From Adineta vaga (Eukaryota; Animalia; Rotifera), in assembly GCA_021613535.1 (NCBI GenBank), contig CP075497.1, positions 1,674,001-1,738,000 on the forward strand: a DNA stretch of 64,000 bases, read 5' to 3'. The notes under the pieces are model-generated. The model saw nothing but the letters and a program-made list of their open reading frames with translations. It had not been told where the DNA came from and searched no databases. Shown here piece after piece: positions 37,091 to 49,717 of this stretch (its first letter is position 1; each line of letters starts with the position of its first letter). The translations under genes and the position numbers were made by a program.

Positions 37091-38833
37091 TCTCAAGTGT
37101 TGGAATGGTTAATGTATTATATGTATCTTCAAGCTCATTTTTAGCGTCAATCTCTTCCCATGATGCAGACCAATTAGGTTTCAATACCTTTTGTACATGA
37201 TCACTAATATTTACTTCAACATATTCCATCTAGAGAAAGAAAATAATAAATCCTTTCTCTATCTTTTCATTCAAAGTAAAATATATATGACAAATTTATC
37301 AGCATAACCTTCTTTATCATTTAGTTCACCTGTGGCTGGATCACAATCTTTCACTGTATATTGCATCGTACATGCTGGTGAATCATCGGGTAATTTAACT
37401 AATGTATCAGTTGTACCCGTATCATTACATTTAATGACTTGACAAGGAGTATAATGAACGATTTCAAAACCCTCAGCTGATCCATCCATTTGAACACTTA
37501 CTTTTTCCAATAATTGATCATTTAATGTGTTATTTACATAAAACTAGAAGTAAAAAGAAACTTTACTTGAAAAACAATATAATGATTAAAAACATGTTTG
37601 AGAAATCGAACGACATATTCAACTTCACTTTCAGTTAAATCACCAAGTAATGATGATTTAAAGATTGGTCCCAAATGAGCAAATTCTGGCATAGATGATA
37701 ATTGTTCTAAAACAATGGAAAAGACATTTAGAAAATTAAACAAAAAGAAATACATACCAATATAAGTATCTTCTCGAGCTTTCTTCGTATTGGTTCTTCC
37801 TGATGAAATTCCAGTACTAACACCAATGTTCGTTAGAAAAAAGAGACACATGATTGATTGATCGAAATAATAATGAATATGAAACCTTTCGGTAGTCCAA
37901 CTTGAATAGCTTCAATAGGTACAGATCGAACATCAAATGGCTTTGTTGTAGGTCCCATTGTATAACGATGTAAAAGACGTTCAAGTGCCGATAAAGATAC
38001 ATTCATTGCTAAATTAAATCATCATATTATAATTGTTCAATTTAATCATATTACTTACAATTGAGATTGTAAGATTGTATTTAATGTTCTATCATTTTGT
38101 TTCCATAATTAATAATCGAATGTTGCACGATCACGAACTTCATCATCTTGATCGAGAGTTGTTCGTTGTAAAAGTACCAAGATATTTGGTAATAAATCTT
38201 CCGAAGCTGCACCAAATTTAGCCAATGCACCAACAGCAGCTAAAACAAATCATTAATAAGAAATTAAGAATTAAAATATCTTACCTGCTCGAACAGGCGC
38301 ATTTTCAAGAATAACACGATTATAAATATAACGAATATATTTAGCCGGTGTTACTGTTCGTGGTTATTCATGACCCGATAGATGAAGAATACGAGTCGCT
38401 AATGATTTATGTTCATAATCTTCAATAAATTTACATAAATGAGCCAAATCTATCAAATTCAACATATAGGAAATTATTTCGATCAATATATTGAGAAAAA
38501 AACACATTCTGTTACCACTTTCTTTTGCTTCAAGAATTTCTTCAACAATTGAAATAATTGTATTGACAATTGCCTTCTTATATTCATATCCACCTTCTTC
38601 CCGTAACATATTAGCAAGAACAGTCATCAATACTCTATGGTTTCGTGAAAATTTTTGACATAATGATCTAAACATATTGAATTGAATTATTACTAATATA
38701 TATATATGAATCAATATTTGTTTTGCTCTTGCTTAGTAGCATCAACAACCACAGTTCTGAGTGGATCGGAAATTTCAGATAAAAATGATGAGATTTGTTT
38801 CATCAAACGATCAACAGCAGCTTCATTATCAGT
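37091..38833 (-). pseudogene. COPG: Coatomer gamma subunit (COPG) fragment, intron-containing, truncated at both ends
   Basis: [46 protein letters not shown] and FAHLGPIFKSS..LTESEVEY. Premature TAA at 38364-38366 (GHE*P for GxEGP) and frameshifts near 38110. Confidence 0.88.
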
Positions 38834-39079
38834 CTAGAATAAAAAGAAAAATAACATAATAAATCTATAAATAAAAAAATTAAAGATACAGATTGTGAGT
38901 ATCTCTAATGTAAAACGTCTATATTGTACTATTTTACATAATCCAAATACATTTAAGACACAAACCTTGCATTTTCAACTACTGTCGTATAAACAATTTG
39001 ATGATTCTGAATCAAAATTGAAAATTAAATTGAACTTTTTATTTATTTATTTTTTTCTTTCATACAAATGCCTTTTTTA

Positions 39080-39722
39080 TTAAAATGTATCATCTTCAGT
39101 TTCATTCTCTAATGAATAAAATGGATCAGAAGGAGTATCAATAACGTCAGTTATAATTTCATATGAGATGTTTGGGTAATGCCATACCATAAAATGTCGC
39201 TAAATAGAAAAGTTAAAAGCATAGAATGAAAAATATTATTTTATATACCTAACGCTAACGCGTCAGCATTCTTGAATTTGGAACCATCGACATCAGGAAT
39301 AGGCAATACGTCTTCTTGGTAGTGAAGACCACTATCATGTACAATTTCAGACAATGTCTGATACAAACTTAAGACTGATTTCTACAATGGAAGATACGAA
39401 ACAAATGAATTATATATATATAATGATAGTCTTTCGAATTCATATCGTATTTCTTATCATTTACTTACGTCGATCTTTTCACGATCTTCTGAAATTGTTC
39501 CAAATTTAGAATGAGAAAGACTACCGACGATCTCACTCGACTTCGATCGTTCCAACATTCTCTGCAATATATCTTTAATTGGTACAAAATTCTTTCTTGA
39601 TTGTTGTTGTCGATCCCACTTTTGTACAAGTCAGGATCATGTTTTTGTTCTGTAGTAAGTCCATTCCAAAACGATCTTGTTTTCATAATGTTTATTAGTT
39701 CTGATACTGTCATATTTCGACG
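39080..39722 (-). pseudogene. Frameshifted 3' copy of the unassigned family typified by 46576-47743
   Basis: ELINIMKTRSFWNGL and LYQTLSEIVHDSGLHYQEDVLPIPDVDGSKFKNADALAL. Intron positions match the intact copy; frameshifts present. Confidence 0.75.
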
Positions 39723-40064
39723 CTTTAAGAAGAAAAATAAATGAATATTCAACAAGTGACGCTCATCCGTAGGATTCGCTGACCCCTTTCTGAAAGAATT
39801 ATAATGATGATTAATGCATCTATATTCTTTAAAAAACTCTCTTAAAGAGAAGAAACACTCGTCAAAATGTCTTTTCTTGATTTTATGTTTTCATTTTGTT
39901 CAGCATCATTGAAAATCTCGAGATCCACATTTTTAGCGCATCTGGTTGAACGAATAAAAAGTATGCCCCGAAATCGAGATTTATTTAGACTCTACGCGCT
40001 TTATGAAATTATTCGTTTAATATACTGAAAGATACAGCATCGAAAACTGAACAAACTTCTCTAT

Positions 40065-40440
40065 TTAGATATTATCTTTCTGTGGACCGATCGGTACTAG
40101 TCGAACATTAAAAATACGTAAATGTGATAAATATAATGATATTAATTGTTTCCATTTATTAGCTTTCATACATCTAATATCTGATGTGATGAATAAAATT
40201 TCCATAGAAGGAAAACGACTGATAAAAAATTGTTCAAAAATATCAACTGCTTCGGACTTCGATTTGACAGATGCATATGTCAAATTAATCAATAATATGT
40301 CATATGAATTTCGTTGTGTAGGACCATATTGACGTAATAAGTTTGCTGATAAATAACGAAATTATGGAACACACGATAATAAACAAATCAATTGATTACA
40401 ATATATTGAATTATCAACGATTAAATATTCGATTAAGCTA
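40065..40440 (-). pseudogene. Fragment of an F-box/LRR-like expanded family gene
   Basis: IEYLIVDN..LICLLSCVP*FRYLS and ANKWKQLISLYLSHLRIFNV. Has an internal stop and no start. Confidence 0.45.
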
Positions 40441-41264
40441 TATGAGAAAGTCATAATGTATTGTGTATATTTCGGAAAGTATAGAGGCGATTGATCTCAA
40501 ATTGTGTCGAAGGAAAATCATATGAAAGTGTTCCACAATATATTTTTAATGTTGAGAAAATCTTAAATAAAACATAGTTTCTCGTAATATTAACGTAAGA
40601 TACGATCAAATGAGAATTAAATAGACGAACAGAAAACATTATTCTATAGAAGAATAAAATAATAGAAATCTATCGAATGACGATAATGAGAAGGATATAT
40701 CACATGATGCTTTAAACAAATATCATCTTCAAAGACAATGATCAAAAAAAATTAGAACATTTATGATAATTAAAGGAAGATAGAGCTACCCTAATAAATT
40801 ACTGCTTATGTCTATGAATAAGAAAAAAATCAGTGGAAATATAGATGAGATTTACGAAACGTTAGTTTTTAATTTTGTTCTCATTTCGTAAATCTAAATA
40901 TAGAAGTATTTATCTCTTTTGCCATGAAAGTAGAAAAGAAAAACTTCTTCTACGCAAGCCATCAACATTATTATTTGTTTTCATTAGAATTTAAAACATT
41001 TAAAAAAGATCGAACAATCATATACTCTATAATTTTGGTCAAATGTATATCTTTTCTGCTAGAAGAGAAAGTTTTTATCTGAAAACATCAAATATTAAAA
41101 AATAAAGAAAAAGAATTCATTTTGTATGGACTCAATAGTTATTTGTCTAATTATGATAATGGTTAATATCCGTTTACAATCGATTATTTTAAAATTTACA
41201 AGCTCGTCTTTCGAATGACGTTTGAAAATGTCTTCACTTTTATGGTAATTATGTTTTTGGGAGT

Positions 41265-41622
41265 AGCTGCCTAATTCGAGTTCGAATATAAATGGAGATT
41301 TCAAAAATATATCTGAGCATAAAACTGGCGCTGGAGGAAGTCATAGTTTTACTTATTCATACCTACACTTCATATTTAAACATAGATGCACCTGTATACG
41401 TGAGTTATAATTAAGTAAGACTAAAACAAATCTATTCCTGTCTATTCCTACCAATTCCTACTTCTACAGGAAATCATATAAATGAACTAAAAATATATCA
41501 AATCAAAATTATAACTAGTTCTACTATAAACAAAAGTTTTAGTTTTCGTTCTGTTCATTTATTTTCGAAGTTTCAACAAGGAGCTGAATCTTCATTTATA
41601 TTATAACTCGAATTAGGCAGCT
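41265..41622. mobile_element. MITE-like element with ~38-bp inverted ends
   Basis: AGCTGCCTAATTCGAGTTCGAATATAAATGGAGATT at 41265 is the near reverse complement of AATCTTCATTTATATTATAACTCGAATTAGGCAGCT ending at 41622. Confidence 0.65.
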
Positions 41623-42708
41623 CATCAAATTATCACGTTTCTGCGAAATCACAAAGATATTGACTTCGAAACATTTGAAAAAATGATTCAGATCCACCCA
41701 ATCCTGTTTAGTGACAATCTGTCTGTTGATTCTGACAAAAATATCGATATCTCTAGTTAAATTTCATTTGCAAAATGCCGATAACCGAATACAAATGGAA
41801 ACCGCATGTTCGATGTTGCTCGGACATGATGGGAATCAAGGCTACAACCTCGTGGGTCGTTTTACATATGCTTCGAAACAAGAGATGAGAAAGGCTGGTG
41901 AATACTGACGGTGAAAGAGAGTTTTCTTGTACAGTGTTCCATTATAAGAACGTCTACTCTTTTAAACCACCGGAAATCTTTCCAAACAGAGATTTCGTTG
42001 CTCATCATCAATTTTTTCTTCTCTTTCAGTGCATTGCCTTCATGCATATATGACCCAGGAAGTTATAGTGGACAATGGTACTAAGACAACACGTAACAAG
42101 AAAGCTGGTCTTTGGTACGGAACATTGTATGAGACAAACCATACGATGATGTTATTGTAAGAAACTGTGAACATGTGTTGATAATTAAATATGATATTTT
42201 CTCGTTTGATTCACATATGAGGAATCTTTCAATTCATTGCATTAGGTCCAATACCACCACTATCTTCAGGAGATAGGAGGGTGACGAAGAAATTTCATGT
42301 AAATCTTAGTCGTAGTCGCACTCAACTATAACAATGGTTAATCTCTACTCAAATAAGATATAGTAAAAAAAAGATTCCTTTATTAATAAATGTGGAAACT
42401 TCGGATTTTATCCGAGAGTTATGTGTACTGCAAAAAGTGTATGAGAGAGATAAACCATTCTATAATGTCTACGGAACAAAATTACCATGAGAAATTTTTC
42501 GATGAGCAAGATTTCGGATGACTTATTTTTGAATGGATTTTTGTGTTTGAATCTATCGGAATAACGGTCATATGCAATCTCATGAATCTATAAGAGATCT
42601 ATGATAGATACACATATCAGCATTTTCATAATAGATCATCAATATCAAATAGGTATGGAGATCAGATTTTTCTCTTTCGATAGTCTTTCTGCCTAGCTAC
42701 AAAACCAA

Positions 42709-43170
42709 GCATTTGCGAAGCACCGAAACTACAGGTCATCTGAAACGTATCTAGACAATATAGTGGTAAAATACAGTTTTTGCGCTTTTTGAGACCTTTT
42801 TCAAGCATTTTTCCACTAGGAAACTACGATTTGACTCAAAACCAATATCAGATTCGGAATCAGCGTTAAAAACTGAGTCGATTCATATAGGTTTTAAATA
42901 ATTTTGAGAAATTTTTTTTTCAAAAAAACCCTGTATCCCTCCCCAGGGATGGTCTGGTCAAAAATGACTATTTTTTCGATAACTCAGCCATTTCTGGAGA
43001 GATCATTCTCATCCTCGAACTCGACCGAGATATTGATGAGACAATTATGTGCACAAAGTCTCAGCTCAATCGAATGTAGTTGTGAAGAGTTATCGTGTAA
43101 ACGGACGGACGGACGGACGGACACACAGACCGATTATAGTAGTGTACTCACTTTTTGAATACACTAAAAA
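42709..43170. mobile_element. Helentron/DINE-1-like non-autonomous element
   Basis: (GGAC)n microsatellite at 43101-43122, then terminal hairpin AGTGTACTCA-ctttt-TGAATACACT (43141-43165) and an A-run. It ends exactly where homology to 63165+ begins. The left boundary is approximate. Confidence 0.55.
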
Positions 43171-44001
43171 CGAAAGAACTACTGGACCATTCTAATATCT
43201 TTATTAGAGAAATGATGGCGTGTTTGATTATTTTCCAAGCTACCATGGGGTACAATAAAATGTAAGACACGACAAGATTTCTTTTATCAATTATAAAAGT
43301 ATTGTTCACAGGTCATTGGAAATGAAAGACATAAATAGATTAAAAAGAAAATATTTTTTGTACCTCAGAAATCAATGTGATGTTAACTCAATTTCATTAG
43401 AGTAAGACATGCATATTTTAGATGGGATAAAATATCGAATATAAATAACCTAATCTAATATATAATTATTGAATAGACGAATGACGCACGGGAATAATTT
43501 ACTTATTTTTTTTTATAAAGAAGTGTATTGTTTAATACCATTTACTTTTCTGTACGACATTTTCGAGTTTTTCTCTGGCGATATGATAATTCCTGAAGTA
43601 AGTTTTGTTGGTTTTCAAGATTTAGGTGAAGGATGCAGTATGATATGATTCATATTTGTATATCATTGATGGTAAAACAACGAAATTTATTGTTTTATAA
43701 CAGAAGATATATTTCGAGTCTTCTATGGATCATCAAGTGTATAATACTGATTCAACTTTTTTAAAGTACTGGATTTTGGTTATACAAAAGATCATCAACA
43801 TGTTTATTTATATGAACAAATTTTATTCCTCATGTTAATAATGGAATGACAATTATTTCACCAATTCCACCATCAGTAACGCCTTTTTATGCTCATTCCA
43901 CTATTTCATACTCAAATCATGTAATAATACCAAATCAAACAGTCTTTGCAGGATACATTGCAGGAACAAATGATTCAATTGATTGTTGCATTTTAATATA
44001 A
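43167..44001 (+). repeat. Segmental duplication copy 1, near-identical to 63165-64000
   Basis: Direct comparison shows ~835 bp matching with only scattered substitutions and indels. Confidence 0.95.
43556..44001 (+). pseudogene. DKNYY-repeat protein with C-terminal CaaX, frameshifted (copy 1)
   Basis: Frames give FQDLGEG, EDIFRVFY and FKVLDFGYTKDHQHVYLY, ending IDCCILI*. Several frameshifts. Confidence 0.65.
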
Positions 44002-44147
44002 GCTTTTCTTTTTCTCTTTCTCTTCATAAAGGACAAAGTATGATACATTTAAACAACAATATTTATATACAAAGACGAAAGAAAAACAATAATTAAGAAT
44101 CAGAGATCACCTTAGTCTGTTTTCTTAGAAAAAGATCAATCAATCGT

Positions 44148-46071
44148 TCAAGTCTCTGTCTCGTCAGGACCATCATGACCTTTAAAACGTATTCGAGCAA
44201 ATTCTTCGAAAATAAAATCATCATCATGTCCATTTCCATCGAAACTAAATGGAAATATTTCGAAAACTTCGTTGAAGAATGAGAAAATCATTGTACAAAC
44301 TTTGCATCAAGTTGAATTAAATTATGATCAATTGGAACATCCGTTGGTTGATGATCATCTGTATGTTGTTGATCAAATTGTCGAGATGGTGAAGGAGTTG
44401 GTGGTGGTTTTGGATGAGTTAATGTAAATGGTAATTCAACAGATAAATCTCTGATTTAATAGAAGAAAAAGACTTTGGTTAATTTGTAAATAAAACAAAA
44501 CTCATCTACCCTCCCATTGAAACAACAATTTTCACTTTCACTTTATATTGAACAACAATACCGAGATTTTCTTTTTGAGTATTACTTCCCATTCTATATA
44601 GGAAAAGAAAAGGAGAAAATATATTTTTGATATTTTTCAATTGAAAACTCTTTACATAGTTGATGAAGCTAAATTTGTATCTTCATGTTTTAATTTTCCA
44701 TCTAAGGCTAAACCTCTTTTATCTTTATTATTTGCCAAAAGTGGTGTTAATGCATAAACTTTTGTCAATGTTGAACAAGGAGTAACTGGAAAACCTTCAC
44801 TAAAATACACCAAAACAAATAATTAATAAAAAAATGTCTTTGAAAATCTTTCGAAAAAGCGACTCTTTTGTTTATTATCTTCATACTCAGATTCTAATTC
44901 TGCAATAGTACATTTGTAATGTGCATTGGTAAATAAACATATTTCCGCAAATTGTTTGACTAGAATACAACATTTAAAGCATTACAATATTGAATAAGAA
45001 AACATATAAGCTATAGTTAGATACAACAAAAATCAATATATCGAGCAAAATTATAGTCAATTACCTCGATTCAAGAACAGCTACATCACATCTGTACTGC
45101 GTTGATGAGTACAAACAGATCTCTGCATTTTGTACAACTACACAGTCAATCAGAAGTTTTAGATTCAACAAAAGAAAATCTTTTTCTCTCTCGTTCATTT
45201 TATCATTGATTTCGAGTGAAAAGAAAAAAGATATTTACCAGCAATACGAATTTTTCGTAGAGTTTTATTTGAATTATTTGTAACAACAACATTAACATTA
45301 ATATTTTCACCATGATAATACATCTAAAAAATGAAAATTTTTCTAAACAAAAAGTAAGAAACAAATTCAAACCTCTTTATCTAAAGTACATTCTAAATGC
45401 AATGGTGCTGGTGACATCATAAATTCCTTATGTGCTTCAATAACTGGCTGTGGTGCAGGAATTTCCGGTGCATATGTTAATTTTCTAATTGCTAATCGAA
45501 CAGAACTTCGTTTATGTGATTTATCTTCATTGGTTTCAGCAACATAAGTTTTCAATTCATAATCAACACCACAAGGTTTTCCTGTGTCACCAGCAGCTGG
45601 TTGTAACGTAACTGAAGCTGGCGCATGTTGAGGAATCTAAAAACAAATAAAAGAGATTGTAATTCAATTTTATTTTGTCGATAAAATTTACTTCGAAATA
45701 GAATGGATAGGCATTTGGTCCTAATTTTCTTAATAAACGTTGTTGTAAATGTGTTAAAGATTTCTTTTGATCATCGATTGGAGGATAAATTTGTTGAGTT
45801 GAACAAAACAAATCTTTTCGAAATGTTAAACCAAGAACGTCAAGATCTTCTCGACCATATCGAAATGCTTGAAAAATTTTATGATTTATTAGCACAAAAT
45901 GATTAATGATATAGTTTACCTGCTAATACTGATGCATAAACTTTTCGATCTTTTACATATTCAGGATCGACTAGAACAACTTCATCCAGATAGAGATCAG
46001 GGTAGAAGAAGAAGAAGAAAAATTTCTTTTTTATGTTCGATGAATTCTCTCTTTCCAAGATAACATATGAT
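44148..46071 (-). CDS. ARRB: Beta-arrestin (Kurtz-like); 5' exons damaged, possibly a pseudogene
   Basis: [82 protein letters not shown] and [13 protein letters not shown]. The acceptor near 45987 reads GG instead of AG and no donor follows the YLGKREF exon. Confidence 0.85.
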
Positions 46072-46575
46072 CTATTCAAAGTAATATTTAATGAATATAA
46101 TTCAAAAATTAAGAAAAAAATCTATACCCTCTCTTAAGCATTTTAGTACTACAGCTTCAAACAGCAAAATATTTTCAAGAAGTAACAGAATTTCTTTCAA
46201 AGTCATACTACTCAATGAATGATTCGATATTCTTAAAGTACTGTATATTCAGACTTCAGCATATAAAACGATTTTTTATTTCAGTTTCATTCATTTTCAA
46301 ACAGGTATAATCATATGGTATTGAATTTGTTATTTGTTCTAATACGCATTGATAAATCAATAAAACCGATTCAACTGCTAAAATAACAGCTATTTTAGTT
46401 TTTTATACGGATGATGATATTTAAAATGTCGAAAGGTCTAGTTCATTATTAATCATATATTAATTCGTATAGAACTAAAGAATTTACTGTGCTATTGTGT
46501 ATTATATTATCGCTTTTAAATTTAATTAAAAATCTCGAATTTATTTATTATTCAATATCTGTTTTTCAATTGTAT

Positions 46576-47743
46576 TTATAGCAAATCATTTTCTTCATTC
46601 TGTTCGGTTTTTTTTCTTTTAGCTACATAATTCTTATCTTGTATATTATTAGTGTTATTTTTTTCATTATTAATGTTGGTTAAAAAATTGAATGGTTCAT
46701 CTTCATAATCGATGGTAGTTGTTATTTCATATTGTAAATACGGCAGATTCATTTTGTAGAACAAGGCTAAATAAAAAAATTACAGGATGAAATATCAAAT
46801 ATTTTTGCATACCCAAAGCCAACATGTCGCATTTGTTAAACTGCGGTTCCCTGATATCCGGAATCGGTAGTACATCATCATTAAAATGATAATTACCGGT
46901 GTGAACGATTTCCGATAAAGTCTTGTAGAGATTTTCAAATGATTTCTAGAACGAACGATGAAAAAAATCACTAAAAACATTTCTCGTCATTCTACTTACT
47001 TCTATGTTTTCTCTGCTTTCCGTCATTGTTCCATATTTCGGATGTTCTAATATTAATGCCATATCATTCGTTTTGAATCTTTTTAACATAAGTTTTAAGA
47101 CATCGTTAACAGGATTAAATCTTTTTTTTTCTTTTCGTAATGGATACCATTTCGATTGAAGACAAATATCTTCTTTTTTTTCATCATCAAGATCTTTCCA
47201 AAAAGAACTTTCTTGCATTTTGTTGATAAGTTCTAATGTTCCCCAACGTTTCCGCTTAAAAAAAATGAATTTTAGAGAAAACAAAACTTGTTTAATATGT
47301 AATCTTACTGTATAACCTTTTTGAACGCAAAATTGTTGTAAAATCGAATCCAGATAAATATCCATAACACGAACTTTTTCATGTATAATTGTTTCAATTA
47401 TTGTCCTAGCAATAAGATTACTAGAAGTTTTTAATGAAAGATTTAAGCAACGTATTATTTTATGACTTGATTCTTTTGTAGTAGCGAGTTCCTTTTCGAG
47501 CTCGTGAACACGTTTTAACATTTTAATTAAGTCATCACTTTTTTCCAATAATTTTTCATGTGAATTATTTAACTTTTGTTGAACATCAAGAAATTTTCCA
47601 TTCACATCATTTAATTTAACATCATTGGTTAAACATAATTGAAACGCTGTTTCTTCGATTTTGTCAATGCAATCATTTTTATCAATAAATGTTGGTGATT
47701 TAAGTTGATGTAAACGTTCTTTGAATAAATTAAACGCTTCCAT
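46576..47743 (-). CDS. Unassigned 337-aa protein (N-terminal coiled coil; C-terminal LYxxLSExVH motif), 4 exons
   Basis: Exons 47743-47309, 47254-47000, 46945-46813 and 46766-46576 join in frame with GT-AG introns and no internal stop. Two homologous pseudogenes lie in the window. Confidence 0.75.
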
Positions 47744-48043
47744 CTTTAATTATGAATGTACATGCAGCAAGCGCAACGACAAATCCTGTGTTTTTTGAAG
47801 ACAGAAGAAACAAAATAACGAGAAAAAGAAAAGCAGATAATAAGTTCATGCTAATGAAATTAAAAGTCGACAGATGGCAGAGTAATACAGATGAATGGTC
47901 GACACTGTTTGCCTACTACTAACATCTCGCAAACGAATTTCTTTGAAAATCATCAAATGTATCTTACAGGCCATTGAAAATAAAGAACATACTTAAGTAT
48001 TATATTACTCATTATAAAACAAAACGTTTCTTTTTTTCTATAG

Positions 48044-48437
48044 CAAAAGATATACATCGAGTCTTCTATATGGGTCATTTAGTTCCTAATGCTGATCCAT
48101 TCTTTTTTAAATTCTTGATTTTGGTTATGCAAAAGATAATCATCGTGTTTATTTACATAGACAATTATTATCCAATGTTGATGCATTTAATTTCGTTCCC
48201 CCCGTTAACAGTGGAATGGCAATTGTTCCACCAATTTTACCATATCCACCAGCAATAACATCCGTTTATGTTCATCCAACTATTTCACATTCAAGTCATA
48301 TGATCACACCAATATATCCATCACATTCTTCACTATCACCAATACCTCCACCAAATCAAATGATACAACCATTTCATCAACCCAATCAAACTGTTATTGG
48401 AGGATACGGTTCAGCTGATTGTTGTATTTTAATATAA
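48044..48437 (+). pseudogene. DKNYY-repeat protein with Pro-rich tail and CaaX, last exon only (copy 2)
   Basis: AKDIHRVFYMGHLVPNADPFFFK, a 1-nt frameshift near 48112, then LDFGYAKDNHRVYLHRQLLSNVDAFNF, a Pro-rich segment and GSADCCILI*. Confidence 0.7.
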
Positions 48438-48497
48438 TTGTTTGTTTTTTCTGTTCTTTTCTTTTTCTTTTCTTATAATGATGACGAAAGTTACATT

Positions 48498-49595
48498 CTG
48501 GCATCCCATCGACAACCAGTAAGAAAAGAGAAATAAAGAGGATTTACAATTGTAAAAAAAGAGGAATATAGTTTTGACTTATAAATCATCACCAAACGCT
48601 CACTCTGTGCTCAGAAACCAATAGATTTATGTTTTGTATGTCTGCATTCACGATTAACTGCGCAAGCAGAAACAAATGATCAAGATTTGCTATCACTGAT
48701 GATCATATAGTGGTGCAAATGTTGCTCTGTTAGACAAAGAAGGGTTGTTACGAGAAGGCAAAGTAGAGAATAGGTACCGCTGTAGAAGTGTTTCAATATG
48801 ATTTTCACTTTCATCAAATGTATGTAGGTAGAGAAAGGCAAATGAGAGATTCGTTCAGTAATAGAATTTGTTTGGTTAATAACACTACTTGAGAGAAAAT
48901 GCTGACATATGAAAAGAAAAAATCTTATGTCTGCTGAAATCAGTTCCATTTTCGTCATGTAGAGTTATACTGTTCATAGTAGCATCAGATCGGTCAAGTG
49001 AGTATATATTTCTAAACTAAAGAAACCGATGAAGAATAAACTGAATAAAAAGTTTCGTTCACGCATTTATATTAAACGTTTTAGAGATAAATATCAAGAG
49101 ATTTTTTCGCACACTTAGCACGCTTAACTCTGATCAGTTTTAAAAGTTTAGAATATCATAACATTTGGAATTGATTAATAGAGATAATAAAACATGACAG
49201 AATATAGTTTTGATTTCTGAGTGTATATGCAATCAATAATGCTAAAATTTTTGACTTTTAGAGAGACTTCTCCAAAAACAAAGTGTCGTAATTATAGTAC
49301 TAAAGACAGCTAATAATCATTATGTGACGGAATTGCCCATGACACTAAAAAATAGTCAGAAAATGTGCGAGAAATTTTATCAGGAGTTCCAAGATTATAA
49401 GGAGAAAGTATTTATCGTTCTCTAATCCGAAAATCACATCTCTGCTACGAAAGCTTTAGTCTTGTTATTGATCAATCAAATAAATTAGCAATATCACCTA
49501 TTATTCTCTCCACAATTTGATTTTTTCTAAAAAAAAGAGGACAAAAGGAGGAGTTTTGATAGAAGAGAGGGAAAAGAGGAGGAGTGGGTAGCCAT
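48498..49595. mobile_element. Non-autonomous DNA transposon with 8-bp target-site duplication (hAT-like)
   Basis: GTTACATT occurs at 48490-48497 and 49596-49603. Ends are imperfect inverted repeats CTGGCATCCCA / TGGGTAGCCAT. The paralogous site near 44043 is empty. Confidence 0.65.
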
Positions 49596-49717
49596 GTTAC
49601 ATTTAAACAACAATATTTATATACAAAGATAAAAGAAAAACAATAAATAAGAATTAAAAATCACGTCAGTCAATTTTTCTTTAAAAATAATGAATATGAA
49701 AACGATAAATTGATGAT

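Noticed and set aside
41780-42350. GC-richer patch with coding-like fragments
   Set aside because: Multiple stops and no motif I can assign.
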